DNA from: Blastocladiella emersonii ATCC 22665
Taxonomy: Eukaryota; Fungi; Blastocladiomycota
Direction of reading: 5' to 3'
DNA: 64,000 nucleotides
Assembly (NCBI GenBank): GCA_025594325.1
Contig: JANHCV010000001.1
Coordinates: 2,294,001-2,358,000, forward strand
Positions 47,077 through 58,552 of the stretch are shown here, in pieces. The translations under genes and the position numbers were made by a program. Below the pieces are notes generated by a model. The model worked only from the letters and a program-made list of their open reading frames with translations. It was not told the DNA's origin and made no database searches. The number at the start of each line of letters is the position of its first letter. The first letter of the stretch is position 1.

Positions 47077-49366
47077 CTACTCGGCAGATCGAGATCTGAC
47101 CTCCTCGAGTGGGTACGCGTCAAAGTACTGGTGGTGCGATGACGGTCGCCCAGCGCCCATCCCGGCCATGCCCATCCCCATCGCCGCCATCTCGTGCTGC
47201 TGCTGCAGCAGCTGCGGCGATCCCGCGGCCGAGACTATGCCGCCGCCACCGTTGGGTGCCATGTACCCGGTCCCGCTCGCGCTCGTGCCGAACGCCTCCG
47301 CGGCGGACGGGACCGTGTAGACGCTGCTCCACGCGTCGCCGCCGGCACCGCCCATGTCGGGCCCCACCATGTCCGCGACGGCGGAGGGCATGTAGCTGCG
47401 GACGCAGCACGAGCACTTGCCGAACATGCGACGGACGTTGGCGAGCGTCATGCCGCACCGGGACCGGCGCACCTGGAAGTGCAGCTTGATGGCGTTATAC
47501 GTGTCGCGGAGCGACCGGTGCGAGGTCGCGGGGCACGCGCACGGGGTTGTGGTCGCTGTGGCGATCGGCGCGGGGACGGCGAGCGCAGGACTTGACGGCG
47601 CGCCGTCCGCATCACCCGTAGCCCCTGGTGCAGGCGTCGGCGCGGCGGGACAACCCGCGACGTGCGCGACGCCGAGGTGCGCGGACCGGAACACGGCGGT
47701 CCACTCGGACCGCGGCAGGATCACGCGCGAGTCCTGTTTCCCGCTGCCCCACACGACGTGGTACGCGTCCATGAGCGCGAGCATGTCCGGGGCGATGGCG
47801 AGCGCGGGCGACGGGACCGCGGTCGGCGTCGGCGGCGTGTGCGCGTGCGCGTCCATGTCGAGCTCGTCCATGTCCGCGTCGTCGTCGCCGTCGCCGTCCT
47901 CGTCCCCGTCGTCGTCGTCGGCCGAGCCGTGCAGGAGGTTGGTCGGCGCGTGCTGGCGGAGCGCCGCGGCCGGGGGCTAAATTTGGATGCAAGCGAGAAC
48001 AACAAGGGGGTCAGCGCTGAACTGTTGCATCGCTAAGCCCGTCCCTCGGATCGGTCTCGCGGCGCGAAGCGCGCGGCGCTTAAGCACCGAATGCAGCGAA
48101 AACACAACGTACCGTGGACGGGACGATGGCGGCCGAGAGCACGGCGGGGATCTGGACGTCGGTCTTAGCGACGAGGACCAGGTTGCCCTGCAGGCGCGAC
48201 CACCGCTTCTTGGACATGGGCGGGCGCCGGTCGAGCGTCAGGCTCTCGTCGATCTCGCGCTGGCTCGGGTACTTGAGCTGCTTCGGCGGCCGCGGGATCT
48301 TGCCCTCCTGCACCAGCAGGTACCGCTTCATCAGCCGGAACGAGTGGTCGCCGAACACGAAGTACGTCTTGTGCTACGCGCGTGTGCGAGTGTTGTGTCA
48401 GCTTCTGCGACGCGACGCGAGCGAGACGCGAAGAAAAGGTGTACCTTGACAGGCGGCGCGGGCCCGTCCTCGCCCGCGAGCGCGCGTCGCGCCGGACTGA
48501 CACGCGCGGCCGGCCGGCGCGAGGGGAGCGTCGGGGTCGGGATGAGCATGGACGGGGACGACGACGCTGAGAGGGCGGCGGCCGACTCGCCAGACCGCGC
48601 GTCGATGGACAGCGCGAGCGGCGAGGCCATGAGCGCCGCCGCGGTCGCCGCATCGCCGCCGTCGGAAAGCGTGCGGCCGGTAGTAGATCCACGCGCGCCG
48701 GCGGCGCGGACGGGCGCGGATCTGAAGTCCATGAGCCCGATGCTCCGTGCGGCGAACGACGACGCGCCGGCAAAGTCGGGGAGCGCGCCGCTGCCGCCGC
48801 CGCCGCCGGGCAGCTGCTGCATCTGGATCGAGCCCGTTGGCGGCGACTGGATGAAGTGCGACGGCGGCACCGCGCCGCCGCTGTCGCCGAGCTGCGACGG
48901 GACAATGTGCTGCGGCACCGGCGGGAGCGGCGGGATGATGGCGGCGGCGAGGCCCTGGGCGGACGACGAGGCGAACGACGACGTGGTAGGCGTGAGGATG
49001 GGCGCGAGCTGGTCGTACGCGGACGCGGAGGCGGAAGCCGCGTCGTGGCTGAACTGGCGCTGGAACTGATCGTTGGCGGTGGCGTGGTGCGAGCCGCCGC
49101 CGGAACTGAGGAGGTCGAAGGACGTCTGCTGGGCCGACGGCGTCAGCGAGAAGCTGTCGAGCTGCGCGGACATGCCGACGGTCGGCGAGTTGTAGTTCTG
49201 CTGCGGGAGCTGGCCGTGCCGCTGGTGCTGCTGCTGCTGGAGCGGGATTAGAAACTGCCACGCGTCGGACGACTGCTGCTGCTGCTGCTGCTGGATGTAC
49301 TCGGGCGCGGCCGCGGGGACCGACGCGAGCGGCGGAGCGGCACGACTCGGCGCGTGGAGCGCGACG

Positions 49367-49402
<36 letters not shown>

Positions 49403-50925
49403 CGGGCGTCGTACGGCTGCTGCGGGTGAAGCCGGCGCCGATCGCCCGCGGGGTAGTGGTGGTACTGAGACTGCTGCTGCGGCTGAGCTGGGCCGAGCGT
49501 GTGCACGGACGGGAATGCCCACTCGAGCGATGACGAGGAGGACGCCGTGGCCGAGGTCACCGGAACCTGGACCTGCAGCTGCTGCTGATGCGCGTGCGTC
49601 TGCTGCGGTTGCTGGTGCGCGAACCCGGTTGGGCGGGCGTACTGCTGCTGCTGCGCGTACTGGTGGTACTGCTGCTGCGTCTGCTGGTTGCTGTTCGAGT
49701 ACTGCTGCGGCTGGGCGCGGTACTGCTGCTGCTGCTGCTGGTACGTGTGCTGCTGCTGGTGCTCGAACCCGACGCCCATGGCCGTACTGTTACTGCCGGC
49801 GTAGTGCGCAGGCTGGCCGACGGCCGCGGACCGCGCCGGGTACTGCGCCGTGGCCGCGGCCGCGGCCGCCGCCGCCGCGAGTGCCGGGTCGAACGAGGCG
49901 TCGACGGACGGCGAGAGGGCGTCGAAGGCGGCGAGTCCAGCCAGGGACCCGGCGCCCGTGGCGGTGGCGGCGGCGTAAGGGTGAGACCGCGGGTGGGCCT
50001 CGGGCGAGATGGCCGCGCCCGCGGCGGCGGCAACGGGCGCCCGATCGAGCGGCTGGTGCGGCGTCAAGTGCGACATGGTTGCGGGAAGGCGCTGGGTGTG
50101 GTGGTGGTGGTGGTGGAGGTGCTGCTGCGCGGGGTGGTGGCTTGGCTGCGGCGGCGCGAGCGATCTACGAAGCCGGCGGAATCCGGGGCAGCGCGCAGCA
50201 AGCGGTGAGTGACGCGTTCGGGGGCGGTGGGCGGCGGGGCGCTGCGCACGGGCGGGGCGTGGGGGACACACGGGAACGGGAGCGAAAGAAAGGGAGGGTG
50301 GGAGGGAGGGAGCGAAGCGGGAGGGCGGCTCTCGACGAGGGAGGAGCGACCGAGATGAGCAAGAGTGACTTGATGCCACGTGCGGGCCGATCCTCGGCTC
50401 GAGCTTCCGCAAGCGCGGCGCGAGGAGCACGGACCGGGCGGCTGCCTGGGCGCAACCACCGCGTGTCGACTCGAAGCTTGTTTGCGGTGAGCGACGCGCT
50501 GCGAGGGAGCACGGGCGTCAAGCGAGGGACACGGCCGACTCGATCAAGGTCGGCGCCAAGACGGCGGCCGGGACGAGGTGCGGAACGAGGAGGATGGTGG
50601 AGATGAAGAGGGCCCACGCGCGCACGCGAGCGCGAGGCCTCGGAAGAACTGGCCCCCTGCGCACAAGCGCGCAAGGTGTGGCGCCAGCGACCCCAGCGCC
50701 GTGCCGCGGAGGGGAGAGGGGAACAGAGGCGAGAGAGGGAAGGACGTACAGGTCGAGCGCTGGTCGCACGCTGCCGGGCGCGGTCGGGAGGAAGCCCGAC
50801 GACGTCGCCGACGCGAAAATCGGGTCGCCTGACATGCCGGCGAGGACATGATCATGCGGCGCGACGGGCGGGAGCGCGTCCTGGCCGTGGCCGCGGTTCT
50901 GGCCGGTGCCCGTGCGGAAGTCCAT
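47077..50925 (-). CDS. Q/A-rich protein with C-terminal integrase-type HHCC zinc-binding domain (probable domesticated retroelement fragment)
   Basis: Introns 47977-48112 and 48374-48444 join three ORFs in frame. A 585-nt intron 50165-50749 links an upstream exon (ATG 50925, context CCGCCATGG); the alternative start is 50076. Domain RVILPRSEWTAVFRSAHLGVAH..SLRDTYNAIKLHF..VRRMFGKCSCCVR. Confidence 0.7.
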
Positions 50926-53687
50926 GGCGGCACGCGAGGCTGTTGGCTTGAAGGAGAGAGGAGGGCGCGGCGGGCTGCTGCTGCGCGAACGGGTGGGGCC
51001 GAGGGCGGATGCGGGTGCGGGTGCGGCCAGGGACTACGTCTACTTGTAGCTGACGGACACTGCGATACAGAAGCCAGGCGAAGTCGACTGCACGTTAGAA
51101 TGGAAGGACAACCGACTCAACTCATGATCAGCGTGATCTAGTGTGTTGTGTTCGCGCCGCTCTCCTCGCGTCGTCGACACCAACCATCCAACCAAGACGC
51201 GCGCGCGGGCTGGATCTGGGTTCGGTGGTGGTGGTGGGCGGCGCGGGGGTGGCGAGGCTTCGACCTCCACGCGAGCGTCGCTTGGCCATTGGCCCACCAT
51301 CTTGGCGAGAGTGCGAGGGTGCGACGTCCGTGATGGTTGGGGGGATGGCGGCGGAGAGCGGTGGAGATACGAGCGAGCGGGCGTTGCACACCGGTTCGCG
51401 CTCCGGCGCCTCGGCACCGCCAATCGCTGACGTCGTACGGCCTCGCGGCTGTACAATACGTCACACGACGGTGGCCGCCGGCCGCCGGCCGCGTGGCGTC
51501 CCCGCGCCGCAATGAACGTGGGAGGAGGAGGTGGTGGTGGTGGTGTGGGAGGGCGTACGAGGAAGAGCGCGAGGCCGGTCGCCGCCCGGGCGAGGAAGGC
51601 GAGAGACGTGCGAGCGAGGAAGGCGAGGAAGGGAGGGGGAGGGAGAAGAGGGTGAGCAGTCGCGGCGGGCCGTGAAAACCGCGTACGACAACATGTCGAG
51701 TCACGGCCAACTTAGAGTCCTCGCTGGAGCTGCACGCGCTCGCGAATGAGGGTGCCCCATCCACCGCGATCCGAAACAACTTCTCGTCTCAGGCGACGGC
51801 AGCGGCAAACGACACGCGAAGCATGGGGCCACACGACGGCGCGCTCGTGCATGCGCTTGAGGGTGGACATCAGGAGGAGTGTGAGGAGGTGGGGAAGATG
51901 AGAGCGAGGAGAGAGGAGGAGGAGGCGAGCGTGGCCAGCGTCGGCGGGATCAGGGCCGGATCACGGCCGCGATCATGGCCAGCAGCGGGAGCCCACGCGC
52001 GAGAGCGAGGGCGCCATGCACGCCGCGGCGTGAGGCGACGGGCCAGCGTACCCGTCCAGCCGGTGCACGGAAAATGGACCACGCGCTCGATAAATGCCGG
52101 TTGTTGCACGGAAGCGACACGGGAGAAAGGCAGAGCGAGAACAATGGGCGCGGCGCGAGGGAGGGGAGAGAGAAGGCCCGGGCACCCGGAGGACGGCAGT
52201 GAGGGGGCAAGGGGGTGGGTTGGATCTCCCGGACCGGGCCAGTCGCAGGGTTACGGAAGCCGGATGTGCGGGGAGCGAGGGCGCCGGAGGCCGAGGAGTT
52301 GGTGGGCGTGGTGTGGCGGCGGCGAGGGCGGCGGCAGCGGAGGTGGTGGTGGCGAAGGGATCAACGTACGAATGTGACGCGATGTGATGGCCGAGACTAG
52401 TCGGTGCGGATCTGTCGGGAGAGTCGTCGAGATACAGGGGAGTGGCCCGGACGAGCGTGGTGGAGGAAGGGAACTGGTGCGATGCGCGGGTGGGGGGTCC
52501 TCGGCGATTTTATCCTACGGGTGAGTGGGTCCACAACGACCCAGGTTGCGCGGCCTCGTGCTATCGCGGCGCAGAATCCAGCGGGTGCTTGTATACGGCG
52601 GCGAGCGGCGGGGCGGCGCAGCCAAGGGGATTGCCACGCGGGGGGACCGCTCATCACGGCGTTTCATAGTAGTGTTCACCTGATCCCTGCGCTATTTTCT
52701 TTCACTCACGCGCGCGCTAAGGTTCCGTGAGGCGTCTCAGATAGCCCAGGTCGGCGCCGTGTGCGAGTCGGCCCGGTTTGTAGACGCGCGATGGTGTCCG
52801 CGGCCACCGTGGCCGCCGTGATCTCGCCACCATGGCCATGGTCGCCGAGCCCGCGCGTGCGCACGCTTCTCTCGGCCGCTGCGGAAAGTACAGCGGACTG
52901 CGGCGGTGGCGTCCGCTGCTTCGGTTGAAACGCACCCCACGGCGTCAGCGCTCGCGCTTGGCCATTTCCGCGGGGCTGGTGCTGCTGCATCGCGACGCGA
53001 GCCACCGCGGCGTCGAGCGACGTCACGGACGCGGTCGTCATGAACCGTAATACACGTGCAATGATTGCATTTTGCCTCAACCGACGAGGCGCAGCTTCAG
53101 CGCACTCCAAATGTTGGGCAGAGCGGGCGGCGTGACCGACGATGGGCGGTGTGACGGACGATGAGCTGGCTCCGCGCGGTCCGTCGCTTGCTTGCTTGCC
53201 CTCCTCCACCATCCCTGCCTGAGATGCAGTAGCAGCAGATTCCGAGCACGCGCGCATCGTCGCAGACTCCAGCAGGAACTGAAGCGAGCGTCGTCGCCAA
53301 GGCCAGCCGGTTGCGTGATCCGAGCGTTGATCGCGGCGCAACGCGCGGACGCGCGGCGGCGGGGAAATATGATTTACGGATCGCGTAAGGCTGCAACGCG
53401 GTCTCGATCATCGTTTCAACTTTGATACGATCAAGTTGGTGATGTAAAGACGAGTCTCGGTGTCGAGGTTGTCGCGGCCGGCCATGCTCATCGAGGCGAA
53501 GCGAGGCCACAGCCGTTTGTGGTCTCGACATCGATGTCTTAGTCGGTAATCTCGCGTCGATGGCGCGCCAACGAGCGGTTGTCACCTCGGCATCCGCACT
53601 CTCGAGTCGGCCACCTCGCGTTAACGCTTCAATGTAAGTGTATCATATATTTAATCTAGTGTGGGAGGAACGGACGCAAAAGTGCGC

Positions 53688-54449
53688 TCAAGCGTCACGA
53701 CGGCGGCGAGCGGTCTTGCCCGTTGAAGCGCGGCTGCCGGTCGTCTTGGCCTTGGTCTCAGCGACGGCGGACTTCTTCGCCTCCTCCTCCTTGGCCTCGA
53801 CCTCAGCGTCGTCGCTCGAGTCGTTAGCCTCGCGCTTCGTAGCAGCAGCCGCAGCGGCCTTCTCCTCAGCGGCCTGGATCCGCACGCGCTTGTCGACGTC
53901 CTTCTTGGCGGCCTCGTAGCCGATCGTCATCATGACGAGCCCGACGGCGTACACGAGGTGCGCGGTATCGGGCACGACCTCGGGGTCGAGCCCGCTCACC
54001 ATGCGCAGGACCGCCATCGAGTTGTTGAAGTACCCGCGCGGGACGGGGAACTCCTGCGACGTCTGCGCGTACGGGAAGTACAGCAGGCCGAACGAGAGTG
54101 TGGGCGGCGAGTCCGGGTTCGGGCTGCGCATCGGGGCCTCGATCGTCTGGTACAGCGGCAGCCAGATGGCGAGCAGCTGGAACGCCATCTGCAGGAGCAG
54201 CCACAGCTGCACCACGAGCATGGCGTTGCGCCACGCGCGCTTGGTCGCCACGTAGCCGAGCAGGAACGGGGCCACCTGCAGCAGCGAGTGCCCGACGTAG
54301 TGCAGCGCCGGCATCTTGCCCGCGGTCACCAGCGCCGTCCACGAGTGCGCAATCGGCGCCGGAGCAAGCAGGAACGCGAGGCGGACTAGGCCCGTCGACA
54401 GCGACAGCAGCGGGTACGTCTCGGGATCGACGATGACGACGGAAGTCAT
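53688..54449 (-). CDS. Hypothetical membrane protein with charged C-terminal tail
   Basis: 253-aa ORF with GC3 bias and 3-4 hydrophobic segments; a predicted 5'-UTR intron 54451-54516 (GTAAGA..GCTAAC..TAG) ends 1 nt before the ATG. Confidence 0.7.
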   Translation of the reverse strand: MTSVVIVDPETYPLLSLSTGLVRLAFLLAPAPIAHSWTALVTAGKMPALHYVGHSLLQVAPFLLGYVATKRAWRNAMLVVQLWLLLQMAFQLLAIWLPLYQTIEAPMRSPNPDSPPTLSFGLLYFPYAQTSQEFPVPRGYFNNSMAVLRMVSGLDPEVVPDTAHLVYAVGLVMMTIGYEAAKKDVDKRVRIQAAEEKAAAAAATKREANDSSDDAEVEAKEEEAKKSAVAETKAKTTGSRASTGKTARRRRDA

Positions 54450-54790
54450 TCTAAGAGGTGCGTGGCGAGGTTAGCCGGGCGTGTGCATGAGGTTTCATAG
54501 AGTCGCATGCTCTTACTTTGTTGCAGCGGGTTGATTTGTTAAGTTCCTCGCCAGAGCAGCGGAGAGGTAGGATCAACACTGTGGCGAGGGCGCCGGCGGT
54601 GCTTGCTCAGCGGCGGCGACTGTGGCGCAAGTGCGAGACACAACGGAGACGCCCACCACGTGGTCCGCGAAGCGCGTCAAGGCAAGCTCGCTTCGTAGGA
54701 ACGCAAGAAAAGAAGTGTATATGAACAGGATGCGTGGGGTGGGGGGTACGGGATAACGCGCGAGGGAAGGGAACACACTGACTGACAAGT

Positions 54791-56080
54791 CTACTGGCCG
54801 CCCATGCCAAACACGACGCGCGTCGTTGCGGGATTTGGCGGGGCCGCTGCCGCCGGCGCGCCGTGGTGATGGTGGTGCGGGTGCGCGAGCATCGACGCGG
54901 ATCCGAGGACACCGAACACGGGCGCGGTGCCAGCGCCGCCGCCGCCAAACAGGGCCGACGCGGGCGGGAGCGGGGCCGCAGGGTGGAACCCGCTGCCGCC
55001 GCCGCCGGCCGTCCACGCGGTCGCGGTTGGTGGTGCGTTGAGCGCGGACGCCATGCTGCTACACGTCCCCGCGGCGCCGCCGGCAAACGACGCGAACCCG
55101 TGCTGCTGCTGCGGTGGTGGTGCGATGCCGAGGTGCCAGCCGAGGAGCTGGACGAAATCGTGGGCGGCGTCAGCGAGGGCGCCGCGGGTAGCCGTGTTGG
55201 CGTCGTCGAGCAGCGAGAACCAGTGCTCGACCTCGGACCGTGCGAGGACGCGGCGGTGGGTGTCAGGCCACGCGGCGGCCTGGGCGACGGCGGACCGCCA
55301 CGCGGACCGCAGCCGGTGCACGAGGTCGAGCTTGGCGTGGTTGTTCTCGGGCGACTCCCAGTCGGGCAGGCGGCCGGCGAGCGTCGACGCGACGCGCAGG
55401 AACGCGAGCAGCGTGTTGAGCTGGTCGAGCGCGGCGGCGGCGGCATCGTGCGCAACGGCGGCCGGGTCGGGCGCGGCGTGGAAAAAGTAGTCGAGGAACT
55501 CGACCATGGCGCCGTGAATGTCGTCGAGCACGGGCTGCACGCGGCGGTACGAGTAGTCGTTGAGCACGGGGCCAGTGCGCGAGTAGGGGAAGGTCGACAG
55601 CAGCTTGCGCTCGAGCGACTCAAAGTGCTTGGACACGGACTCGATGGTCGGGCGCGGCACCACGTCCGACATGAGCTGCAGCACGCGGTCGTCGGCCGCT
55701 TCGGCCAGCTTCATCACGATGGACACGAGCTGGTCCTTTTCCAGGATGGCGAGGTACTTGGCGAGCTGTCGCCGGTGCTGCTGCATCTGCGAGCGCGCCG
55801 CGTACTCGCCACCGCTCGTCGCCGCAGCCGACGTGGACGAAGTGGAAGGCTCTTCGTCACCGTGCGGCCGTTGTGGGTCGAGCGTCCGCGGGCGCTTCTG
55901 CGACGAGACACTGTCCATGTCGTCGGCTGCCGCATAGCCGTCGTCGAGAAAGTCGGAGGCGTGGCGCTTCCGCGTCGCCGCGCTCAGCTGGTGCGGTTGT
56001 GGTGGCGCGTGGGCATGCGCGGGTCCATTACGGGACGCTGCTGCGCCGGCGGGGCGGCGGGACGGGTATTCGGCGGCCAT
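54791..56080 (-). CDS. STS1: Sts1/Cut8 nuclear proteasome-tethering factor
   Basis: N-terminal basic RKRH; LAILEKDQL..VPRPTIES..LLSTFPY..DYSYRRVQPVL..FL..ASTLAGRLPDW..AW, matching the Cut8/Sts1 pattern. Confidence 0.82.
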   Translation of the reverse strand: MAAEYPSRRPAGAAASRNGPAHAHAPPQPHQLSAATRKRHASDFLDDGYAAADDMDSVSSQKRPRTLDPQRPHGDEEPSTSSTSAAATSGGEYAARSQMQQHRRQLAKYLAILEKDQLVSIVMKLAEAADDRVLQLMSDVVPRPTIESVSKHFESLERKLLSTFPYSRTGPVLNDYSYRRVQPVLDDIHGAMVEFLDYFFHAAPDPAAVAHDAAAAALDQLNTLLAFLRVASTLAGRLPDWESPENNHAKLDLVHRLRSAWRSAVAQAAAWPDTHRRVLARSEVEHWFSLLDDANTATRGALADAAHDFVQLLGWHLGIAPPPQQQHGFASFAGGAAGTCSSMASALNAPPTATAWTAGGGGSGFHPAAPLPPASALFGGGGAGTAPVFGVLGSASMLAHPHHHHHGAPAAAAPPNPATTRVVFGMGGQ

Positions 56081-56378
56081 GGCGCGGTTCGATGCGTTGC
56101 AGCAAGTGGTGATGGCGGTGCAACCGACGGCGCCGATGAGGGAGCGGGAGTGTGGTGGGAGCGGAGAGCGGGCGTGCGATGGGCGAGCGGTGCGAAGCGG
56201 AGGAGGCGTCCGCTCAGCGATGACGACGGCCGTGACGAACGCTGCGTGAAGGAGTCACCGAGCCGCTCGCAAAAGGGAGGAACAGTTGGTTTTCCAAAAT
56301 CATCGTCAAATCTTTATTCACACATTTGGACACTCGAGACAAGGACAGGTCAGGGCAAAACGCTCGGACCTCTCGCAC

Positions 56379-57926
56379 TTACGAGCGAGGGCCGTACGCG
56401 CCACGACCGGCACCGCCGCGCCCGCCACGGCCCTGGCCGCCACGACCACCACCACGGCCGCCACGGATCGCGCCGGGCGGCTTGCGCTCCTCGGTGTGGA
56501 GCGTGACGTTGCCGAGGGTGCCGCGCTGGCCGAGGAAGTTGCGCGCGGCGGCGGCCGACTCGAGGTACACGGCGGCGCCGGCCTTGGAGATCTCGGCCGC
56601 GACGATCTTGGCGCCGGGGAAGGCGCCGCGCAGCTGCTGCTCCGTGAGCTTCTCGCCGGTCGGGTTGGGGAACCGCACCCACACGGACGTGTCGAGTGGC
56701 AACCGCGACGAGCCGACCTGGGCGGCGTACGCCTGCACCTGCGCCTGCTGCGCGTGCGCCTGCATGTCGGCGTGCGTGATGCCGGGCGTGGCCGACGGCG
56801 GCGGCGCCGTGCGGTGGTTGGGCGGCGGGATCGGGCCCGAGGCGGCAGCAGCAGCGGGCGCCGGGGACACGGACGTGGGCGCGGTCGAGGGAGCAGCCTT
56901 GTTCGCGTGCACGGGGGTGGGGGCGGGAGCCGACGAGGCCGTGGTCGCGGCAAGCGTTGCCCAGCTCATGGGACGCGCGGGGGCCGCAGCAGCGGGAGCG
57001 GGCGCGGCGGCGGTCGGCGAGGGCGACGACGCGGGCGAGGCAGCGGCGGCAGCGGCGGCAGCCGACTTGGCCGCGGGCGAAGCGGGGCGCTTACCCTGCT
57101 GCTGGGCGCGGGGCGCGGGCGTCTCCTTGGGAGCGGGGGCAGCGGCCTCGGGGGCAGGAGCCGCCTTGGCGGGAGGCGAAGCGGGGCGCTTAGGCGAGGT
57201 CTCGCGCGACTTGGGCGCGGGCGCAGCGGCAGCCTTCGGGGTCTCGGCCTCAGGCGCGGGGGTAGCAGCAGCGGGAGTGGGGGCGGGCTTGGTCGCGACG
57301 GGCGACTTGGGGCGCTCGGGCGACTTGGCCTTGGCCGGCGCGACGGGCGAGGGCGCGCGCTTCTGCTCGGCCGCAGCCGGGGCGGGAGCGGGGGCAGCAG
57401 CGGCAGCGGCGGGCGGGGTCGAGATGGTGGCGGGTTTCGAGACGGGGGCGGGGGTCGGGGCAATGGGCGAGGTCTCCGCGTCCTCAGTGTCGGACTCGAG
57501 CTCCTCGCGCATGAAGCGGAACACGTCGTTGAGGATGTAGTAGCCCTTGGGCTGCTTGGCGAGGAAGAAGGTCTGGACAAACTTCTGCGAGGGGGCGCCA
57601 GCGTTGCTCATCTCGCCAATGACCTGCACGATGATGCCGTCGGCGAGCGACGGGACCGAGTCGACGTTGCTGATGACGACGCGGCAGTCCTTGAAGCCGA
57701 TGGTCTGGAACATCTTCTGGATCTCGTGCTGGCCCTTGTTAGCGGCGGCCATGGTGGCCTCGAGCCCGTGCACGGCCGTCGAGTCGCGCGAGTAGAAGCA
57801 GTGCAGGCGCGACGGCTCGCTGTTCATGATCTGGTAGTACTCGCGCACGAACATCCACCCGACCTGGTCGGCCGAAGGGCTCGCCGCCGCGTGCTTGGCG
57901 TACTGCTCGCTGGTCTCGTTGGTCAT
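56379..57926 (-). CDS. G3BP/Bre5/Nxt3 family protein (NTF2 + P/A-rich linker + RRM + RGG)
   Basis: VGWMFVREYY..MNSEPSRLHCFY..DGIIVQVIGEMSN..KFVQTFFLAKQPKGYYILNDVFRF; degenerate RRM; C-terminal RGGRGGGRGG. Confidence 0.9.
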   Translation of the reverse strand: MTNETSEQYAKHAAASPSADQVGWMFVREYYQIMNSEPSRLHCFYSRDSTAVHGLEATMAAANKGQHEIQKMFQTIGFKDCRVVISNVDSVPSLADGIIVQVIGEMSNAGAPSQKFVQTFFLAKQPKGYYILNDVFRFMREELESDTEDAETSPIAPTPAPVSKPATISTPPAAAAAAPAPAPAAAEQKRAPSPVAPAKAKSPERPKSPVATKPAPTPAAATPAPEAETPKAAAAPAPKSRETSPKRPASPPAKAAPAPEAAAPAPKETPAPRAQQQGKRPASPAAKSAAAAAAAASPASSPSPTAAAPAPAAAAPARPMSWATLAATTASSAPAPTPVHANKAAPSTAPTSVSPAPAAAAASGPIPPPNHRTAPPPSATPGITHADMQAHAQQAQVQAYAAQVGSSRLPLDTSVWVRFPNPTGEKLTEQQLRGAFPGAKIVAAEISKAGAAVYLESAAAARNFLGQRGTLGNVTLHTEERKPPGAIRGGRGGGRGGQGRGGRGGAGRGAYGPRS

Positions 57927-58552
57927 CTAGCGCAGCGAGGGGCGAGCGGGTCAGTCAGTACGGACACGGTCGGCGAAAAGTGTGGAGGGCGCTCGAAGAC
58001 ACGAGCGCGGGATCGACAGTGTCAGGAGCGCGAGGGATCACGTCGAAGCATCAATGCGGTCTGTGACAGCATGTCTGGCGGAGATGACAGTCGCGCGAGC
58101 GACGACGACGCGTCCCCACCATCACCACAAGTTCGCCAGGTCGACAGCGACTCTCGCATCGGTGCGCCCGGGCGAAGCTGATCACTCGCACGGCAAGATC
58201 GGGTACTCTAGGCCGGTGAGAGCCTGCAGCAGTCCGATCCGTCGCGCCTCGTCGCGGGCAGGTTGATACATGGGAGGGGAGAGCGGCGAGCAGTACCGTC
58301 AAGTGCGGCTTGCAAGGAAGGGGACCGAGCGCAGCGGTCGCAGCGGGGGAAGGCGGCTCGCGAACAAGTCGGTGCGGGAGCGGGAGCGGGAGGGCGGGAG
58401 GGACGGGGCGGCGCCCGCGCGGGCAGCAGGTCGGCGCGAAGGTCGTCGGTCGCGGGAACGGCGCAGGTGATGTGGATGATCTGCGCGCACACGTGCCCAT
58501 GAACGCGCTGGAATTTCGCATCCTCGCCCTCTTCTCGGCCACTATCCATGCC

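Noticed and set aside
49250-49760. CTG/CAG trinucleotide tracts as non-coding repeats
   Set aside because: They encode polyglutamine runs inside the predicted coding exon, which are common in this genome's disordered regions.
47077-50925. Intact LTR retrotransposon
   Set aside because: No LTRs, target-site duplication, Gag, protease, RT, RNase H or DDE core were seen, and spliceosomal introns are present. It is treated as a host gene.
53097-53585. 162-aa minus-strand ORF in the gene-poor region
   Set aside because: It lacks the strong GC3 bias of real genes here, has no recognisable domain and has a non-ATG start. A small or degenerate gene cannot be excluded without RNA data.
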